Below, piece after piece: positions 50,143 through 64,000 of a stretch of 64,000 nt of DNA. The position numbers and the translations under genes are program-made. The notes below the pieces were generated by a model that had not been told where the DNA came from, did no database searches, and saw nothing but the letters and a program-made list of their open reading frames with translations. Position 1 is the stretch's first letter, and each line of letters starts with the position of its first letter. Origin of the DNA: Owenia fusiformis (taxonomy: Eukaryota); contig CAIIXF020000001.1 of assembly GCA_903813345.2 (NCBI GenBank), positions 25,296,001 to 25,360,000 on the forward strand. The letters run 5' to 3'.

Positions 50143-53100
50143 ATGACAGCGGCAATGCAGATAATGGATGTGGTAGATCCACACTTCGCTGTACCGGTTC
50201 TGGGAGTGGTCGTGTGTGCTTTGTTGGTATTGGCATTTGGCTTTAAATCGCCTGTTGAGCCACCCAGCTTTGATTTCGTTGATGAAAAAAAGTCGAGATC
50301 AAAATCAAAGAAGACGAAACAGGTATGTGTTCCACAGACTTTTCGTTTGGATCAGTGATTCCCCTAAATATTACACATAAATGTGATATAGATTGAAGCA
50401 CCAAACGTTTTGTCTGATCGGACTTCAATCACAGTAGCCGCCGCGAGATGTAGAGTACTGCTACATGTTAGATCTACACAGTTTATTCTCGGCATGAGGC
50501 ATTCCCGGACAAATCCTTGGCATCAGGTGAAAAATCTAGGTGTATTTTAGACTCTTTTCAAAATACAACACCACTGTATTGATAAAAATGATGTGTCTTA
50601 TTTGAAGTTTCAATAAAGAAATCGTATAAAACAAAGAAATATTGAAGATTGTCTGACAATGCCCCATAACGACCTACAGTAATGGGCCCCTCGGGGAGCT
50701 GTAGTGTAACAAGCCAGATATTGGACATGAAAGGTAGTGTTCTAAATTCAATGTCTCCTGAGGGAATCAAACCCAGGACTTTCAGCTCCATAGACCTTGT
50801 CTACAGCTTTAGCCAATAGGGAGCTAGCCACTATATTTGGGCTGTGCTAGTAACTTCCTTTCAAGAGTCATAGCACCCCCCCCCCCAAACTGTAGGGCAA
50901 TGCCACGTCATAACCCATCATATGCGTAAATCACTGAAATGAGTCTTCTGATCAAATGTAACCCAAAGGGCCCCTTCTGGGAATTGTAGTGTAACAAGCC
51001 AGATACTGGACAAGGGCGTGTTTGACTCAGTATACATCATTCTTCCTAATTTTACAGAAATTTCAGAAGGTTAGAAATAGAAAAATCAGAACTTAATCCC
51101 TGGACCAAAAATATTTTAGACCATGTCAAGGTAACCTTACTCTGTGTTTTCAATAATGCTGTCCAAATATTGAAAAAATGCAAAAAAATGTTTGACCCAG
51201 AAATAAAAATGAACTGCATATTTTGGAAGCAGACGCAAGTCAAATGCACAAAATCAACTTTGGATGAATGATTTGATAAAGATCTTACCTTCAGTCTCTT
51301 TATTTCGTCAGAATCCACTAAGTAATTGAAGGAAAGTTGATTTCTGATCGAAATAGTAAGAGGCATGTGATAGGACAAAGAGTTATCCAAATCTCCATTT
51401 ACGAGCAGTAATCAGTACGAGTTCTACGATTGGCCGCTAGCTGAAGACCTGATCTAAACCTTAAAAGGGACCTCGCGCCGATTGCTCCTAAAGCAAGATA
51501 TTTCTGAGCCATCAAAATCAATAGCAAATTGCTTCGAAATACGCAAAGAAAATGTGTGTTGAATGGTTGAATATAAGTTATACCTCACAAGTGATGGTAT
51601 CTGTATCATTCAATGACATTCTAGACTCGCTTAAATGCTGATTTAGACCAATAAATAGCAAAAACGATACAAAATTTCATCAATTTCATCAACTTTGAAT
51701 TCCCGGGAATTTTTTACAAGGGACGCAGTCTTTTGAGGGGGACGCATTTTTTGAAAATCAGTATGTCCCAGGGACGCAATCTTGGACAAACCTACTGAAA
51801 ATATTGCTTACTGTAGTAAAGAAGCGATGAAACATGATTTTCATTAAGATGTTAAAACTCAAAAAATCTCATTTGCTAATGTGGCTACTGAAGATTCACA
51901 TGTTTCAAGTCTGAAACATGTAATTTGATTGGTTCCGATATATTCCGGAATATGCCGAAATTGAAATTTTTGTTTGTTATGTGCAAACATCAGTTTTAAT
52001 AAATAAATCAGCACACTTGATTTACTGCTTGTATTCATATTTTACAGCATACTTATAAACCCATGTTTTAACAGTTATGTAGGTACTTCTACATTTTTTG
52101 ACAATTCAAAATCTCTGGGACTCAGATATTTAATTAGAACACTAATGTACAAAATTCAGTGCCAATGTAGGAATCAAACCCAGGACCTTCCACTCAGCTC
52201 CATTGACCGATGCTCTACCGCTCGGCCCAACAAGGGCCAACCCCTAAAATTTCATTAAAAATGAGAATTCAATGAGATCTAAAACCTATAAGTAAATCTA
52301 TTATTGATCAATTAATCTGAAATCATGTCCCTTACACTACTGAATGGTACTATAAAGGCAATTTAATTTGTGTCAACTAAGTTTTGTAAGAGTGTTACAT
52401 ACCTTTAGATGTAACACTGAAAAATGAGATGTCAAACCCCAAATCCTAATGTTTTTTAATGTTGAATGCCATCAGTTCTTGCTCTGGATATTATTAATTA
52501 AATTTTCGTGAATTAAATGTCGACAAAACAAACATGATTCTATTTTTGTAAATGATATATGTTTTTAGAAGACTCCCAGTAATGGGCATATAGTACAAGA
52601 GTCTTCAGAGTCAGTTGCTAAGCAACCAAAGCAGTCGCCACGCACAAAGCAGGATGCTAAGGATGCCAAGTTAAGCAAGGTATGCAGATTTTGAAGTGCA
52701 ATACAGGATATATTCTGCTTGAGAAATTTTGTATTGGAACAAGATGAAGTCGAGTGCCAATACAGAATATCGAGACAGAATCAGAGGGCTTCATTTTACA
52801 GATCATACGATAATTAGACATATTTCAAAAAACTCATGAACTTAATTTGAAAAACAAGTTGTGATTAAACTTATGAAACGTGACAGTATTATTTACTTTG
52901 AATTCAGATTGGTTTAGAATACCTAAAAAAAAGTAATATAAATTGCATTGAATAATAAATGTGACACAATCATTTATTCATTTTAAATCATGGATAACTA
53001 ATCCCCATTTGATAGCTTATGTAGGTAATTTCACCATTTGATACTTGATATCAGAGATATCTTAATATGATTAGAATGACAAAGAGCAAGAGTTGGTTAT

Positions 53101-56100
53101 TTGTAAGTGATGCTTGCAATGTTATTACCCCTTTGATTTATACTCATATGGCTGTTAAGTGGTTGACTCTTATAGCATGATAGAAATGTTTTTATTTTTG
53201 ATTGAAATTGCTCTTATATTAGGTACTCAATTTCATTCAATAATGCGAATGAGGAAGTATTATATGAGTTTATTTTGTAAAACACAGGCCCGTAGCAAGG
53301 GTGGGGGGGGGGGTGTTCGCAGGGTTCGGGCGAAACCCCCCCCCCCCCTGGCCAGAAATTCTTTCAAAATCATGCAGTTTTTCACAATTTTGAGCACTTC
53401 TTAAATGATTTTAGCCATATTTGGGCCAAAATTGTCAAATGTGAACCCCCCAGGAAATTTTTGAAAACTGAACCCCCCTTGGCAAATCCTGGCTACGGGC
53501 CTGAAACATGTCTCTAAAAGTAAACTTTTCTACAAAACTATTCATATAGAAATACTCTAAGCAGCTGTTAGAAGTTCATGTTAAGAAGTGTTAATTGAAA
53601 ATATTTGTGCTAGTAAAAACTCGCTAAATCTCCACTTTTTTTAATTAAATTAGTGATATTTTATTTCTTTGATCTGTTTCTATATATCCCTAACTACTAC
53701 CTTTTCTGGCTATAAACCAAATTAACTCATATTCATAATCTGACGAAAGGTTACCTTTATCAACACCAATACTATAAAATCATCTGTAATAGTTCAATTA
53801 TATATTGGATATTATATAATGGAAAAAAAGTTTGAAAATAGAGATTTCTGATTGTGTATGTTGATGACTTTAGGTAAAGAAGGCAGCCCCAGGCAAGAGT
53901 AGCAGGCCTGAAGATGTAGAGCCAGCCAAGGCCAATGAGACAACAGAAGATGCAGGTACTGTAAGCCTAGTCAGCCAAAAGCACATGCGAGCATTTATCA
54001 TTATCAAAACTTGAATGATAAAATTGTAAATTAAAACCATAAAATTCAGAGTACTCTTATTCATAAGAACTTCAATCTAGCTCCTCTGTAGTAAGCCTCT
54101 GTGAAAGTGTTTACATTGATGATTTATGAAGACATGTTAGAATAAAATAAGTCTGGTAACATGAGAGGTAATAAAGGACATCTATATTCTATAGCTGAGA
54201 AATATTCATGTATCGAATCATCTCTTTTTGTACATATATAGAAGTTCTAATGCAAATAAATCTACATATTATGTTTGATCATGTTTATCCAACCTTTTGT
54301 TGTTTAAGATATCAGCCTTCAAATCTGCCAAAGAGCCTTGAATTTAAATATTTGAACTGTCACAATGATTTATGTCCTTCTTGTGTGAGACTTTCTAATG
54401 TAAAATTATGTGACCAGAACAAACCTAAAACACTTTTATCTTGTTTGGATATCTACAATAAGGCATTTCATAAAACATTCTTTTCCCTTGCACAAACATA
54501 CTAATTTGTTGCTAGGAGCATTAGAAAAAATCTCAAATGTCAAATCAGTTTATGTCATGTATTAATATATTGACATCATATACTAATGCATATATGTATT
54601 TATATAAGGCGCCTGAGTGGGTCATACTAACTTCTGGTGAAAATCTACTCAAGAAAAGTTAGTTTTATAATGTTACATATTCCATTATGATGAATGAACT
54701 ATAAGTGCACTATATTCACTAACAGAATAACAACTGACGCAACTCTCAATTTCCCTATGTGTAATATTATTTTATCATGTACAGCATTATTATTTTTTTA
54801 TTCAGGAGAGTGGACCACCCACATCTCTAAGAAACGTAAGAAGGTGCTGAAAGAAAACGATGTTGTCGTTAAAGTAGCTGAGAAGGCAGAAAGCCCCCGT
54901 GCCCAGACAAAGGAGAAATCTCTTAGTCCAGAGGAGACCCCTGAAGCCCCTGCTGCCCCTGAGCAGGCCCCCCAGGAACAGAGGGTGAAGAAGGAGAAAG
55001 GAACTCCAAAGAAACCTAAGAAGGTCAGTAGTGCATAGTTTATGGTTTACTGTTAACTGTCACAGTGTTGAGGATTCACAGAGTTTCCAGTCTGAAACGT
55101 GGATTTGATTGATTCCAAAATATGCCAAGATTAAAGTGAATACCTTTGTTGTGGACAAACATCGATTTAAAATAAATCAAAGCACTTTTTACTGATTGTC
55201 CTCAGTGTACTGATCACTAAACATTTTAAAGCATACTTATAAATGATGATTAATTGTTTTAACAGTTATGTAGGTACTTCTGCATTTTTTATGAACATTT
55301 TTTATTGATAATAAATTTCTTGAATGCTTTCATACATATATTTGCAAATGCAAGAAATATGAAAAAATAGTGGTATTAATAGTTATACAATCTCTTTGAT
55401 TATCTCATACACTAATTTCCTCATTTCTGCATGGTATATACATCTTGAAATAAATGTTTTCAACAATTTCATCAGAATTCGTCTAAGCACAAACTATTCT
55501 GATTTACACCCATTTCTCTTTTTCATTGTAGGAGGCTGTCAAAGAGACCCCTGTGGTACCTGCAGCCCCAGAATTATCACAAGAGGCAACCAAGCCAAAG
55601 ACTGAAGAAAAGGTAAACAATGATTTATTCATCATTCCATACAGCACATAAGACAATTATTTAGGTAAAATTAATGTTGTGCATAATGCACTGAAGGGCT
55701 TGTATCAAACAGAATAGAATTCATAATTTGCTCTTGGCATTAAAAGTGGAAAACTGCAAAAATATATGTTTCAAATTTCATTGGAAATATTTGATCAGAT
55801 TGATACAAAATCACTAGAAGAAGATATTTTTAATGAAACTTTTTGCAAGGGTCAAGTATTGACAAAGCATAAATTTCAATGTCCTCACCTTGACAACCAT
55901 ACAAAATGATTATTGATTATTTCATGCACTGCTGTCATGTGAAATACTGTGTTCGGATTAGCTGGAATCAGACACACCTTGCCTAGCTATGTGTGAATCT
56001 CATTTAATGTTTAATTAATCAATTGTTGAGAAACATTTTCCTTGCATTCTAGGCAGCTCCAGTTGTGGATGCCAAGTCCAGTAAAAAAGCTAGTCCTAAA

Positions 56101-58247
56101 AAAAGTAAGAAAGGTGCTAAAGTCAGTGAGGAGGCTGTTCAGAAGGTGGATGGGGAGGTCCAAATTGCCCCTACTGAAGCCAAGGCCACTGACAAGCCAG
56201 CACAAAGCCCCAAGAAGAAGGCAAATGCTCAGAAATCACAGTCTCCTGTAAGTTTTGTGCTTTTGTTATAATTTCTTTGTTAAGATGTTGGGATATTTGG
56301 AATGGTACAGTATTTAGAGAATTTCAAAAAACTGAAATAGTTAATTCTGCATTCATATAGCTAGATTACTATGAAACTTCACTTGTGAAGCCATGCAAGA
56401 CACATAAAGAGCCAACCAAAATTTTCAAAAAGGCCTTAGTTAAGCGTTAATGTCCTGTTTAAGAACCCCTATTCTTACAGGACATTTGGCTTGGTTTCAG
56501 TTGTTGGCTTGTTACAGGACCTTTTGTTTGTTTTTTGTTGGCTCTAATAATGATAAAACATTTATGGAACAGGAAAATGTTACAGTTAGGCCATTCATCC
56601 TGGTATTAGAAAAACACCGCTGTATTCACTCTCTACTGAACACAAGTATAAATGAATTCGAAATATACCATTTATAAGATAGTTAATTTTGAACAAGAGA
56701 CCATCAACCAACACATGAAAGGATAACTCTTGCAATTCTGAATTTGTCATTGATTTCAATCAAATTATAGTCCAATTCATCTAGTGGAGAAATGAAAGGA
56801 AAAATTAATGTTATAGGAGAAGGAGGTCTCTAAAAGCATTGTTGAAGCAGATCTCAAGAAAGTAGAAGCACCCATTACAAAGGCTGTTGAATCTGCACCA
56901 CATGAAGGTAAATCAAATAAATGTATCATTCATGTTGGATGTAAATCATTACACATAGGAGGAGTTTTAGATATAGGGAATTCTAGGAGACATATAATAC
57001 ATAGGGGAAGTGGTCCTAATTATCGCACGGTCCTAATTATCGCACGATTGTCCTAAATAGCTAAAATATGCACCCACCATCTTTTAAACCAGTGTTACGA
57101 AAAATAGTTCAACACCATTACTCCCAATCTTCATGATTTATTCATATATTTAGAAATATCTCTTCATTTTTTAAGAATTGTTTACTTCCGCCATTGTCAT
57201 AAATGCTTTTGCGCAAGAAGTGAAATTCGTCTGACAAATTTTGACCCCCTCCAAATAAAGACAGAAAAGTAGGTATATAATGTATATTTTGTTGATATTT
57301 TACACTAAAACTGATAGAAAAATGATTACAGCATATGTATGTATCTGTTATAAACAGAGAAATGTATACAGTATCGTGAAATGACATCTGAAACATAACT
57401 GTGCGATAATTAGGACGACTGTGCAATAATTAGGACCACCGCACATGCGAGTCTAAGGGGTCTTAAAGTGTTAGCGTTCGGAGATTGAGAAATGTCAAAC
57501 ACTACTTAGATTTTAGAGGAAAGGTTGATCTTTCGTCTCATATTCTCAAAGTAAGTTGAAGTTATCATATTTGAAATCGTCAGTAGTTTCCCTGAGTACC
57601 CGTGCGATGATAGGACGACTTCCCCTATATACACATTATATGAATGGATGGATATAATACAAGGTTTAAATTCAAATCATATTTTGTAAACTAGAATGTA
57701 ATTTTTTACTAGGATTGAGGAGTCTTAATTACTAGAATACCTAAAATGCATCAAAAGTTTTTAAAATGGATTAATCTAAGATTTTGAAATGTATTTTTTG
57801 AAAATGGTGAATTTTCAGTTTATTCATTCTGTATTATTAGGTGCTAAAACTGCCACCAGTGAAGCAGGTAAAGAGTCTTCAGAGCCTCAAGTACCCGTCA
57901 CATTTGATGAGTTGGGAGGTATGTATTATATACTTGTTTTCATAGTCATCACATGTATCTTTTATTCAGGCATGGGCATTAAATCACCAGGGAATGACCA
58001 AAGTTCATTTGGGGTAATTGTTAGGAAACACACATTCCAAACAGAAGTCGATCGTAAAAATTGGAAGTCCCTGTTATGGCACTTAAAAGTCCATCTGGTG
58101 AATTATTTGATAATTTGGTCTCTCTGATTAGTGTTTTGTTTTTGGGTTGCTCTGGATGATGCATTCCAAATTCTATATTTGCTGCTTTCAGATTGGCAAG
58201 ATGCAAAGCCGCAGAAAAAGAAACGAAAACCAAGGAGGGACAACTAG
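50143..58247 (+). CDS. Metadherin/LYRIC-like single-pass membrane protein with a K/E/P/A-rich low-complexity tail, 363 aa
   Basis: Exons 50143-50322 (TM FAVPVLGVVVCALLVLAFGF), 52569-52679, 53874-53955, 54806-55023, 55532-55612, 56053-56247, 56817-56907, 57841-57918 and 58192-58247 (1092 nt, in phase). PSNG, GEWTTHISKKRKK and the terminal KKKRKPRRDN* resemble MTDH motifs. The gene model is solid; the name is tentative. Confidence 0.75.
50680..50830 (-). mobile_element. tRNA-derived SINE-like remnant (related head at 52165-52240)
   Basis: Minus strand has an A-box-like GGCTAGCTCCCTATTGG and a B-box-like GGGTTTGATTCCC; GGAATCAAACCCAGGAC is shared by 50763 and 52171. Confidence 0.5.
53285..53503. 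mobile_element. 219-bp hAT-like MITE with 5-bp TSD
   Basis: AAACA|CAGGCCCGTAGC ... GCTACGGGCCTG|AAACA. Confidence 0.7.
57004..57625. mobile_element. TA-flanked MITE with subterminal repeats
   Basis: TA|GGGGAAGTGGTCCTAATTATCGCACGG ... CCGTGCGATGATAGGACGACTTCCCC|TA; the GTCCTAATTATCGCAC motif is repeated at the left end and inverted at 57401-57437. Confidence 0.78.
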
Positions 58248-61200
58248 CTCCAAACATGTATCATTAGGAGAAATTGACTGTTATGTGGAAAGGAGCCTCA
58301 ACTTTATAAACGGTGTAAGCGGTCCAATGGTAACTCAAAATGTGTGCTAGCTGCATTAATATAAGAATACTTTGGAGGAACAATACAAATAACAGTATTG
58401 TTTCAAGTCCAAGTCCAGAGCATAGAGTATCATGATTTTTTGGTTTTTCCAGAAAATATTGAAACTATTTTTTTGAAGAATTTCAGATGAATCTGGGTAC
58501 ATTGTTATTGTTTTATTATGTAGATTGTATTGATAACTTACACAAACTGTGTATTTTTGGGAAAACTGCAATAATCATGATTGTTGGGAGTATATGCATG
58601 TTGTAGGCATACATGGAGTTGGTATTTTGTGATGTAGCATCAAGGCTATGTTATTCGAGCCATATTTGATCATTTGATAAATTTGGCTAAAATACAACCA
58701 CTTTGTGGAATATATGGCTGCTTTGAGGAAGGTATGCTCCCAGAGTTCATTTGGGATAAGAATCATGTTGTTCATCAGTGATTTACAATTTAGTGAATAA
58801 TGTATGATGTACTATCATTATGGTATTTGTCAATGCTGACATGAGCCATGTTGAATTATAAAACCATATGTATAAGTATGTATGGAGTTGAGGTTATGTG
58901 ATTCTACTTTAGTGTAGAGCATTCAAAAATAGGACAAGTGCAATCAATTTAAAATGTCATAGAATTTTAATAAATTTATACTACTTATACCTCCTTTCTG
59001 GATGTTATTCAGTGGAGGTTTTCACTTGTTACTAGCACATGTTAGACACATTTTCCACTACATTCTCTCAGGGGATTTTACTTATGACAAGAAAAATGCC
59101 AAGTCTAAATGAATTGAAGATTATTTTTAAAAACAAAGCAAACCATTCCGAAATTGTTCATTTTTTAAACTCCAGTAGTCATATAGGATATGTTACCATG
59201 TTCAACCTGTCTCCATTACCAGTAGTTTTTATTTTTATTTTTGAATTTGGCATGTTAAATTAGGTAGCAACGTTCAAGAACCTGTTGATCTGTTAATTAG
59301 AAGAACTTATGAGTAATATAATAGAAGTTGCATCAGGAATTGTTTCAAAGTCACTTAGAATTAATAGACAACTGTTCAATCTACACGGGCATGTTTGGTG
59401 ATTGTGTACATGATAGAGTGAGAGCTAAGTCAACACTCTTAAAACTTATTTCACATATAAAGCTAATTTTACATACACATATACAGTACTTAGTTAAATT
59501 GAATTATACAAAACCCTTGCGATATTGCTTATAAATGTGATATAGAATTGTAGAATATGTAGTTAAATTACATAATGAAATTTATTGGAAATGAAGACTT
59601 CATGCCTTTCCTCTCAAAATATTAGAGGAAACTCCTGATTATTTTCTGATGGAATAAATGAAATAAAATGAAGGATACTTTTTTGGTTTCTCAGTAATTT
59701 GTGAGAAAAGGCATGGGAGCTAGTTTTACCTGTTGTGCCATGAAACTTCCATAAGTGGGGTATGATATGAAAATATGGCATCATTATCAACAATAGCTTG
59801 AACTGTTGGAAAGAATCTTAAGACTTTTTTGTGGTAAATACTTCTCAAAGTTTGATCTGTGTTGTATTTGACGAGTCTTCCCAAAAAATAGTCACCTCGG
59901 TTAATGTTGTAATCAGTTCATTTCTTTTATATTCTAAACAAGTACTTTTACATGAAAGTACTTGGTCTTGCTGACAAAAGAGTACATGTATGTACCATAA
60001 TTTAAAATTAGAGATTTCTTCTTTTTTGGCTTACGTGGCTATAATGGGTGAACACGCAGATAACTGAAATATATACAGAGTAGATGATAGTATGCCTGGT
60101 GTTTTATATTTAATGAAGGTTGAATCGGGATGATCTCTGATAATTTGCGCAGTTATTTTCTAATGTGGATCAGAAGATCTGTTGCTATGTTTATATGCCT
60201 TGCCAATGTAAAACAAGACTTTCTATGTAAATAGAACTAGAGGCAGTGTACTCAATTTATAATCAAATGAAATGTGGAGTGTGTGGGGGATATTTGATGA
60301 AGTGTGCAAGTAAGAGATCACCCAAGGTATATATGGTATTTATGTTGTAAATAGGCTGATTCTGTGTAAAGAACTATATATTGTCTTGAATATGTTAATT
60401 CATTATTCTTTATATAGGCAATCATATGCTGAATTCTTAATTGTATAGAGTATACTTGTATAAATGAATTGCGATGAAGTTATATACTTTCTAGAAATAA
60501 CAGAATAGAATGTTTTGATTGAATAGATTAAATCATGCAACAAGGAAATGTCCATTACACCTGATTCCATTGTTTATTCTCTAATACCCTATGACTGACA
60601 TGTAAAATTAGATGTGAATCACAAGATAACATTTTTCATTTTGGCTGCTATAAAAAAAACCTTTTTAAATAATCAGAATTTTATATAGATGGGCGTCACT
60701 TTCTTTTGTTATACAGTTGCAGAATTAGTAAATAGTTCAAGAGGTTCATCGAACAGGGTTGCTTTGTAACTAATGTATTTATTTTTAAGTTCTTGCATAT
60801 ATATCTACATCTATATTGCCATTTGGATAGTAGCAGACAGTATATTATTCAACATATCCATATGTCCTTTATGTTCATATGCATAAAATTTGTATAGAGC
60901 AAGTTTCATTTAAAAGTCTAGATTATAAATTGAAATATTTGCTCCAAGACTTATAAGGCCTTTAGGAATTCATTGTCTGTAATGCGCTGTCTACCAGACC
61001 ATCTGAAAACTTCTCCATGCTAAGCCTTTTTCTTACATTTTGAACAATTTGGGTGTTTTGAACAGTGTGTCTTTGCCAAATATATTTCTGAAAAACAGAC
61101 AATTAATTATAGGGGCCTTTGACTAAATATTGATCAACTCAAAGGATACGATGGTGTATTCTGTACCTTTGCCTTGTGTTTTGTATAATAGTCTTGGTAT

Positions 61201-61377
61201 ATATGTTTCTGCAAATAATAATTCTATTCCTAATCATTCATAATCATTTTTGTTTTGTAAAAAGGCCAGTGCAACTTAGTCTTTTGTTTATTATCAATCC
61301 AGATATTGTAATTTACCAGTACATCAAACAAAACTATTGGAAACAGATTTTCTTAATATATATGTTCAGCATTACAA

Positions 61378-61632
61378 TTTGCAGTGTGTAATAATTATAA
61401 CACAAACATGTTAACATTTTGCAGTGTGTAATAATTATAACACAAACATGTTAACATTTTGCAGTGTGTAATAATTATAACACAAACATGTTAACATTTT
61501 GCAGTGTGTAATAATTATAACACAAATATGTTAACATTTTGCAGTGTGTAATAATTATAACACAAACATGTTAACATTTTATTGCAGTGTGTGATAATTA
61601 TAACACAAACATGTTAACATTTTATTGCGGTG
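61378..61632 (+). repeat. 40-bp tandem repeat (about 6 copies)
   Basis: GCAGTGTGTAATAATTATAACACAAACATGTTAACATTTT at 61381, 61421, 61461, 61501, 61541 and 61584. Confidence 0.92.
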
Positions 61633-63031
61633 TTTTAATAACATTTATTCAGACCATATATCTTGTGTACAATGACATGAGCTACATGTACTGATGTGAT
61701 GTACAATGAAATCTGCGAAGAACCATTTGTTCTTGTGCAACTAAAAAAGAATATATATTTTGTATTTCGGTCTTGAAATAACAATGAGTAAATGTACATC
61801 CTTTAATGTGCATTATAAATTACCCAATTCAGTAATTGAACTCATCTCCATATGCTAGGAGCCCTTTTATCAAAAATGTCATGCGCTAGAATCCATCACC
61901 TGTTTTTGAAAGACAATTGAATTGCAGAATTGATTCCTTGATATTTTATTAATGAAAGACTTCTAGTTTACAGATTCAAAATTCACTGTTTTTAAAAGAA
62001 CACTTGGTCCACGCATGTACTTTCTTCATGTCGTTCACATGGTAGAACATGTGAAAACAACATTCTTGTTCCCTTGGCAACTGCAAAAGAATGAGATGAT
62101 TCAGCCACTCCATTGGGGCTGATAAAAAATAAATAATTGATGAGATTATGTTAAACAAAAAATTCAAACAAATTATGTTAACGGTATATTTGGTTTTTTC
62201 TTTTTGTTTTGTTAATGCAATGTCTGTTTTCTTTGGAATGGTTTCATGACTTCAAAAAGTCATTTTTTATTATCTTGAAATGTTGTGTGGAAAACTTGTG
62301 GAAAGGGTCATAAGGTGATGGTATTTTTGTAAAAAAAAATTGAAAAATATAAAAACAAATGTAAAAAATTTAACTTGTTGGTTGTGTAGTTTGTTTCTTT
62401 ATCCACATCAAACAGGGTATGATGTTACCATGGTAATCCATATATGGAAATTCCCTTATATTCCCCTCACCAATCCCATTTCCATCCGTTAAGTGAAAAT
62501 GGAATAAGGTTAATTTTAACAATTGCCTCAGAGGTGTGGATCAATGAAAATATCCCAATGGAAACAATGCATTTGTGTTTCCTTAAATGTGTACTTGGTG
62601 TTAAAAATTCAATAGCAACGCCTGCAATTCATGGAGAATTTGGACGTTATACATTAGAAATACGTTTCTAAATCGAGCTAATCAAATATTGGCTCCGTTT
62701 ACGACCTATCCTCTGAAAACATTCTTTATAAAACATACATATATGACCGTAAAATGATAATTGGTTTTTAGACACATGGTCAAGTAAAATCATTGATATT
62801 CTTTAAAAATGGGACTTATTTTCATATACGATTTTTCATTTATTTTCTCATATATGCATCATATCAAGTAATGATCAAAAGTTAACGACCATGCTTGGTG
62901 ATAATGTGTTAATTCTAGTCTTCACAAAATTGTCAAGCAGTTTTATTCATAGTTTAATTTGGGTGATATTTCTATGTTTCATAAAAAAATATTAGCCCAG
63001 GAGTCTAGGAGACTGTTCTCCAAACCGTGAC

Positions 63032-63400
63032 TTGTCCTTTAAGAATGTCTTCGAAAGTGTAATATATTTATATATTCAAAATAAAAACTATAGACACGCT
63101 ATTTCCAGGCTTAGGCTCAGTTCACACAAGTCAAACATAGAACTAGGCCGTTATTTAAAGCCAATAGATGAACGTCTATGCAATACCTGTAATACTTTGG
63201 AAGATGAACAACATTTGCTCATGAGTAAAAACACACAGAAGAAAACTTTTATTCAATACCATTAGGAAATTTGATTTTATAGGCAGGCCTCAGATGTTAT
63301 GTTTAAACAGCTCATGTGCCACAAAAGTTCTTATGTAATTCATTCAAAGAATTAAGATGAATATTGTTTCAATGATACATCACACTGACATTTTTATATT
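63032..63400 (+). mobile_element. 3' remnant of a LINE ORF2 (CR1/L2/RTEX-like C-terminal zinc-binding region)
   Basis: YRHAISRLRLSSHKSNIELGRYLKPIDERLCNTCNTLEDEQHLL matches the R.SSH.L.IE.GR...R.C..C...EDE.H motif of invertebrate LINEs. Confidence 0.75.
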
Positions 63401-63554
63401 TTTCCATTTTCTTATGCTGTATATATTTTAAACTGACCTTTATTTTTGCATTTGTCATTCTCGAATATATTTTTTGCAGCTAGTTTAGTTTAAGTTATAT
63501 TTGAATATTGCAAGAATTAGTAATCTTCAGACTTTCCTCCTTGACCGGTTAGAG

Positions 63555-64000
63555 TTATTATCCCATCGAACGAAGTTCGGAGGGATATAGGGAACGCCTC
63601 CGTCCGTCCGTACGTACGTCCGTCCGTACGTACGTCTGTCCGTACGTACGTCCGTCCGTACGTACGTCCGTCCGTCCGTCCGGGCAATAACTCAAATACC
63701 GTTGGACCGATTTTGTTCATATTTTGTACACATATACCCTATGGGGGTAGAAGTTCTGCTCGAAAGCCGATTTTCAAAATGGCCGCTCATTTCAAAATGG
63801 CGGCCACTTTAGTGACGATTTTACAGTAATTTAGGTGCAATATGTAAAACTGTAATAGCAATATGTTTTAAATGTAAAAAAATTATAAAGGACATTAATA
63901 ATGCTACAAATGTAGATATTAAAGAAGCACATGGCAGCCATCTTGAAAAATGGCGGCCTTTACTCGTCATTTTACGATTTTGGCTATAACTCAAAAATAG
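63555..64000. mobile_element. Helentron-associated (HINE/DINE-like) element, truncated by the window end
   Basis: TATCCCATCGAACGAAGTTCGGAGGGATA stem-loop, then a (GTCC/GTAC)n microsatellite at 63599-63681 and repeated AAAATGGCGGCC motifs. Confidence 0.7.

Noticed and set aside
50760..50830. tRNA gene
   Set aside because: A/B-box-like motifs are present but I see no convincing cloverleaf; it is better explained as a SINE head.
61381..61632. 40-bp array as CRISPR
   Set aside because: Head-to-tail near-identical units without spacers.
63517..63720. ORF with RTDG/RTYG repeats
   Set aside because: It is the translation of the (GTCC/GTAC)n microsatellite in a HINE-like element.

Overview
AT-rich, intron-containing animal genomic DNA. 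The gene set and repeat types suggest a marine invertebrate, possibly a mollusc (inference only). Most ORFs in the supplied track are spurious. Manual GT-AG splicing with phase checks gives five genes: (1) the last two exons of an uncharacterised protein (+, 149-784); (2) cytidine deaminase CDA (-, 2894-7252, start exon unresolved); (3) PHF24/GINIP (+, 9658-35415, 7 coding exons, 410 aa) with an N-myristoylation motif, a PHD finger and four EF-hand loops; (4) SPTLC1 (-, 37573-49801, 14 coding exons, 474 aa); (5) a metadherin/LYRIC-like single-pass membrane protein (+, 50143-58247, 9 exons, 363 aa), head-to-head with SPTLC1 across 341 bp. Introns are full of DNA transposons: a decayed 5.6-kb AcademX element with both ends and a 3-bp TSD, a MITE nested in a mariner relic, three unrelated CAC...GTG fold-back elements with 5-bp TSDs, 39-95 bp elements with 8-9 bp TSDs, Kolobok-, Tc1- and hAT-like MITEs, Helentron-type elements, and LINE/SINE remnants. 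I cannot demonstrate a wholly new system. The best leads are a 44-bp minisatellite made of the PHF24 3' splice site (12 decoy acceptors), the apparently Ca2+-competent PHF24, and the CAC/5-bp-TSD elements. All coordinates were counted by hand and no database search was run.
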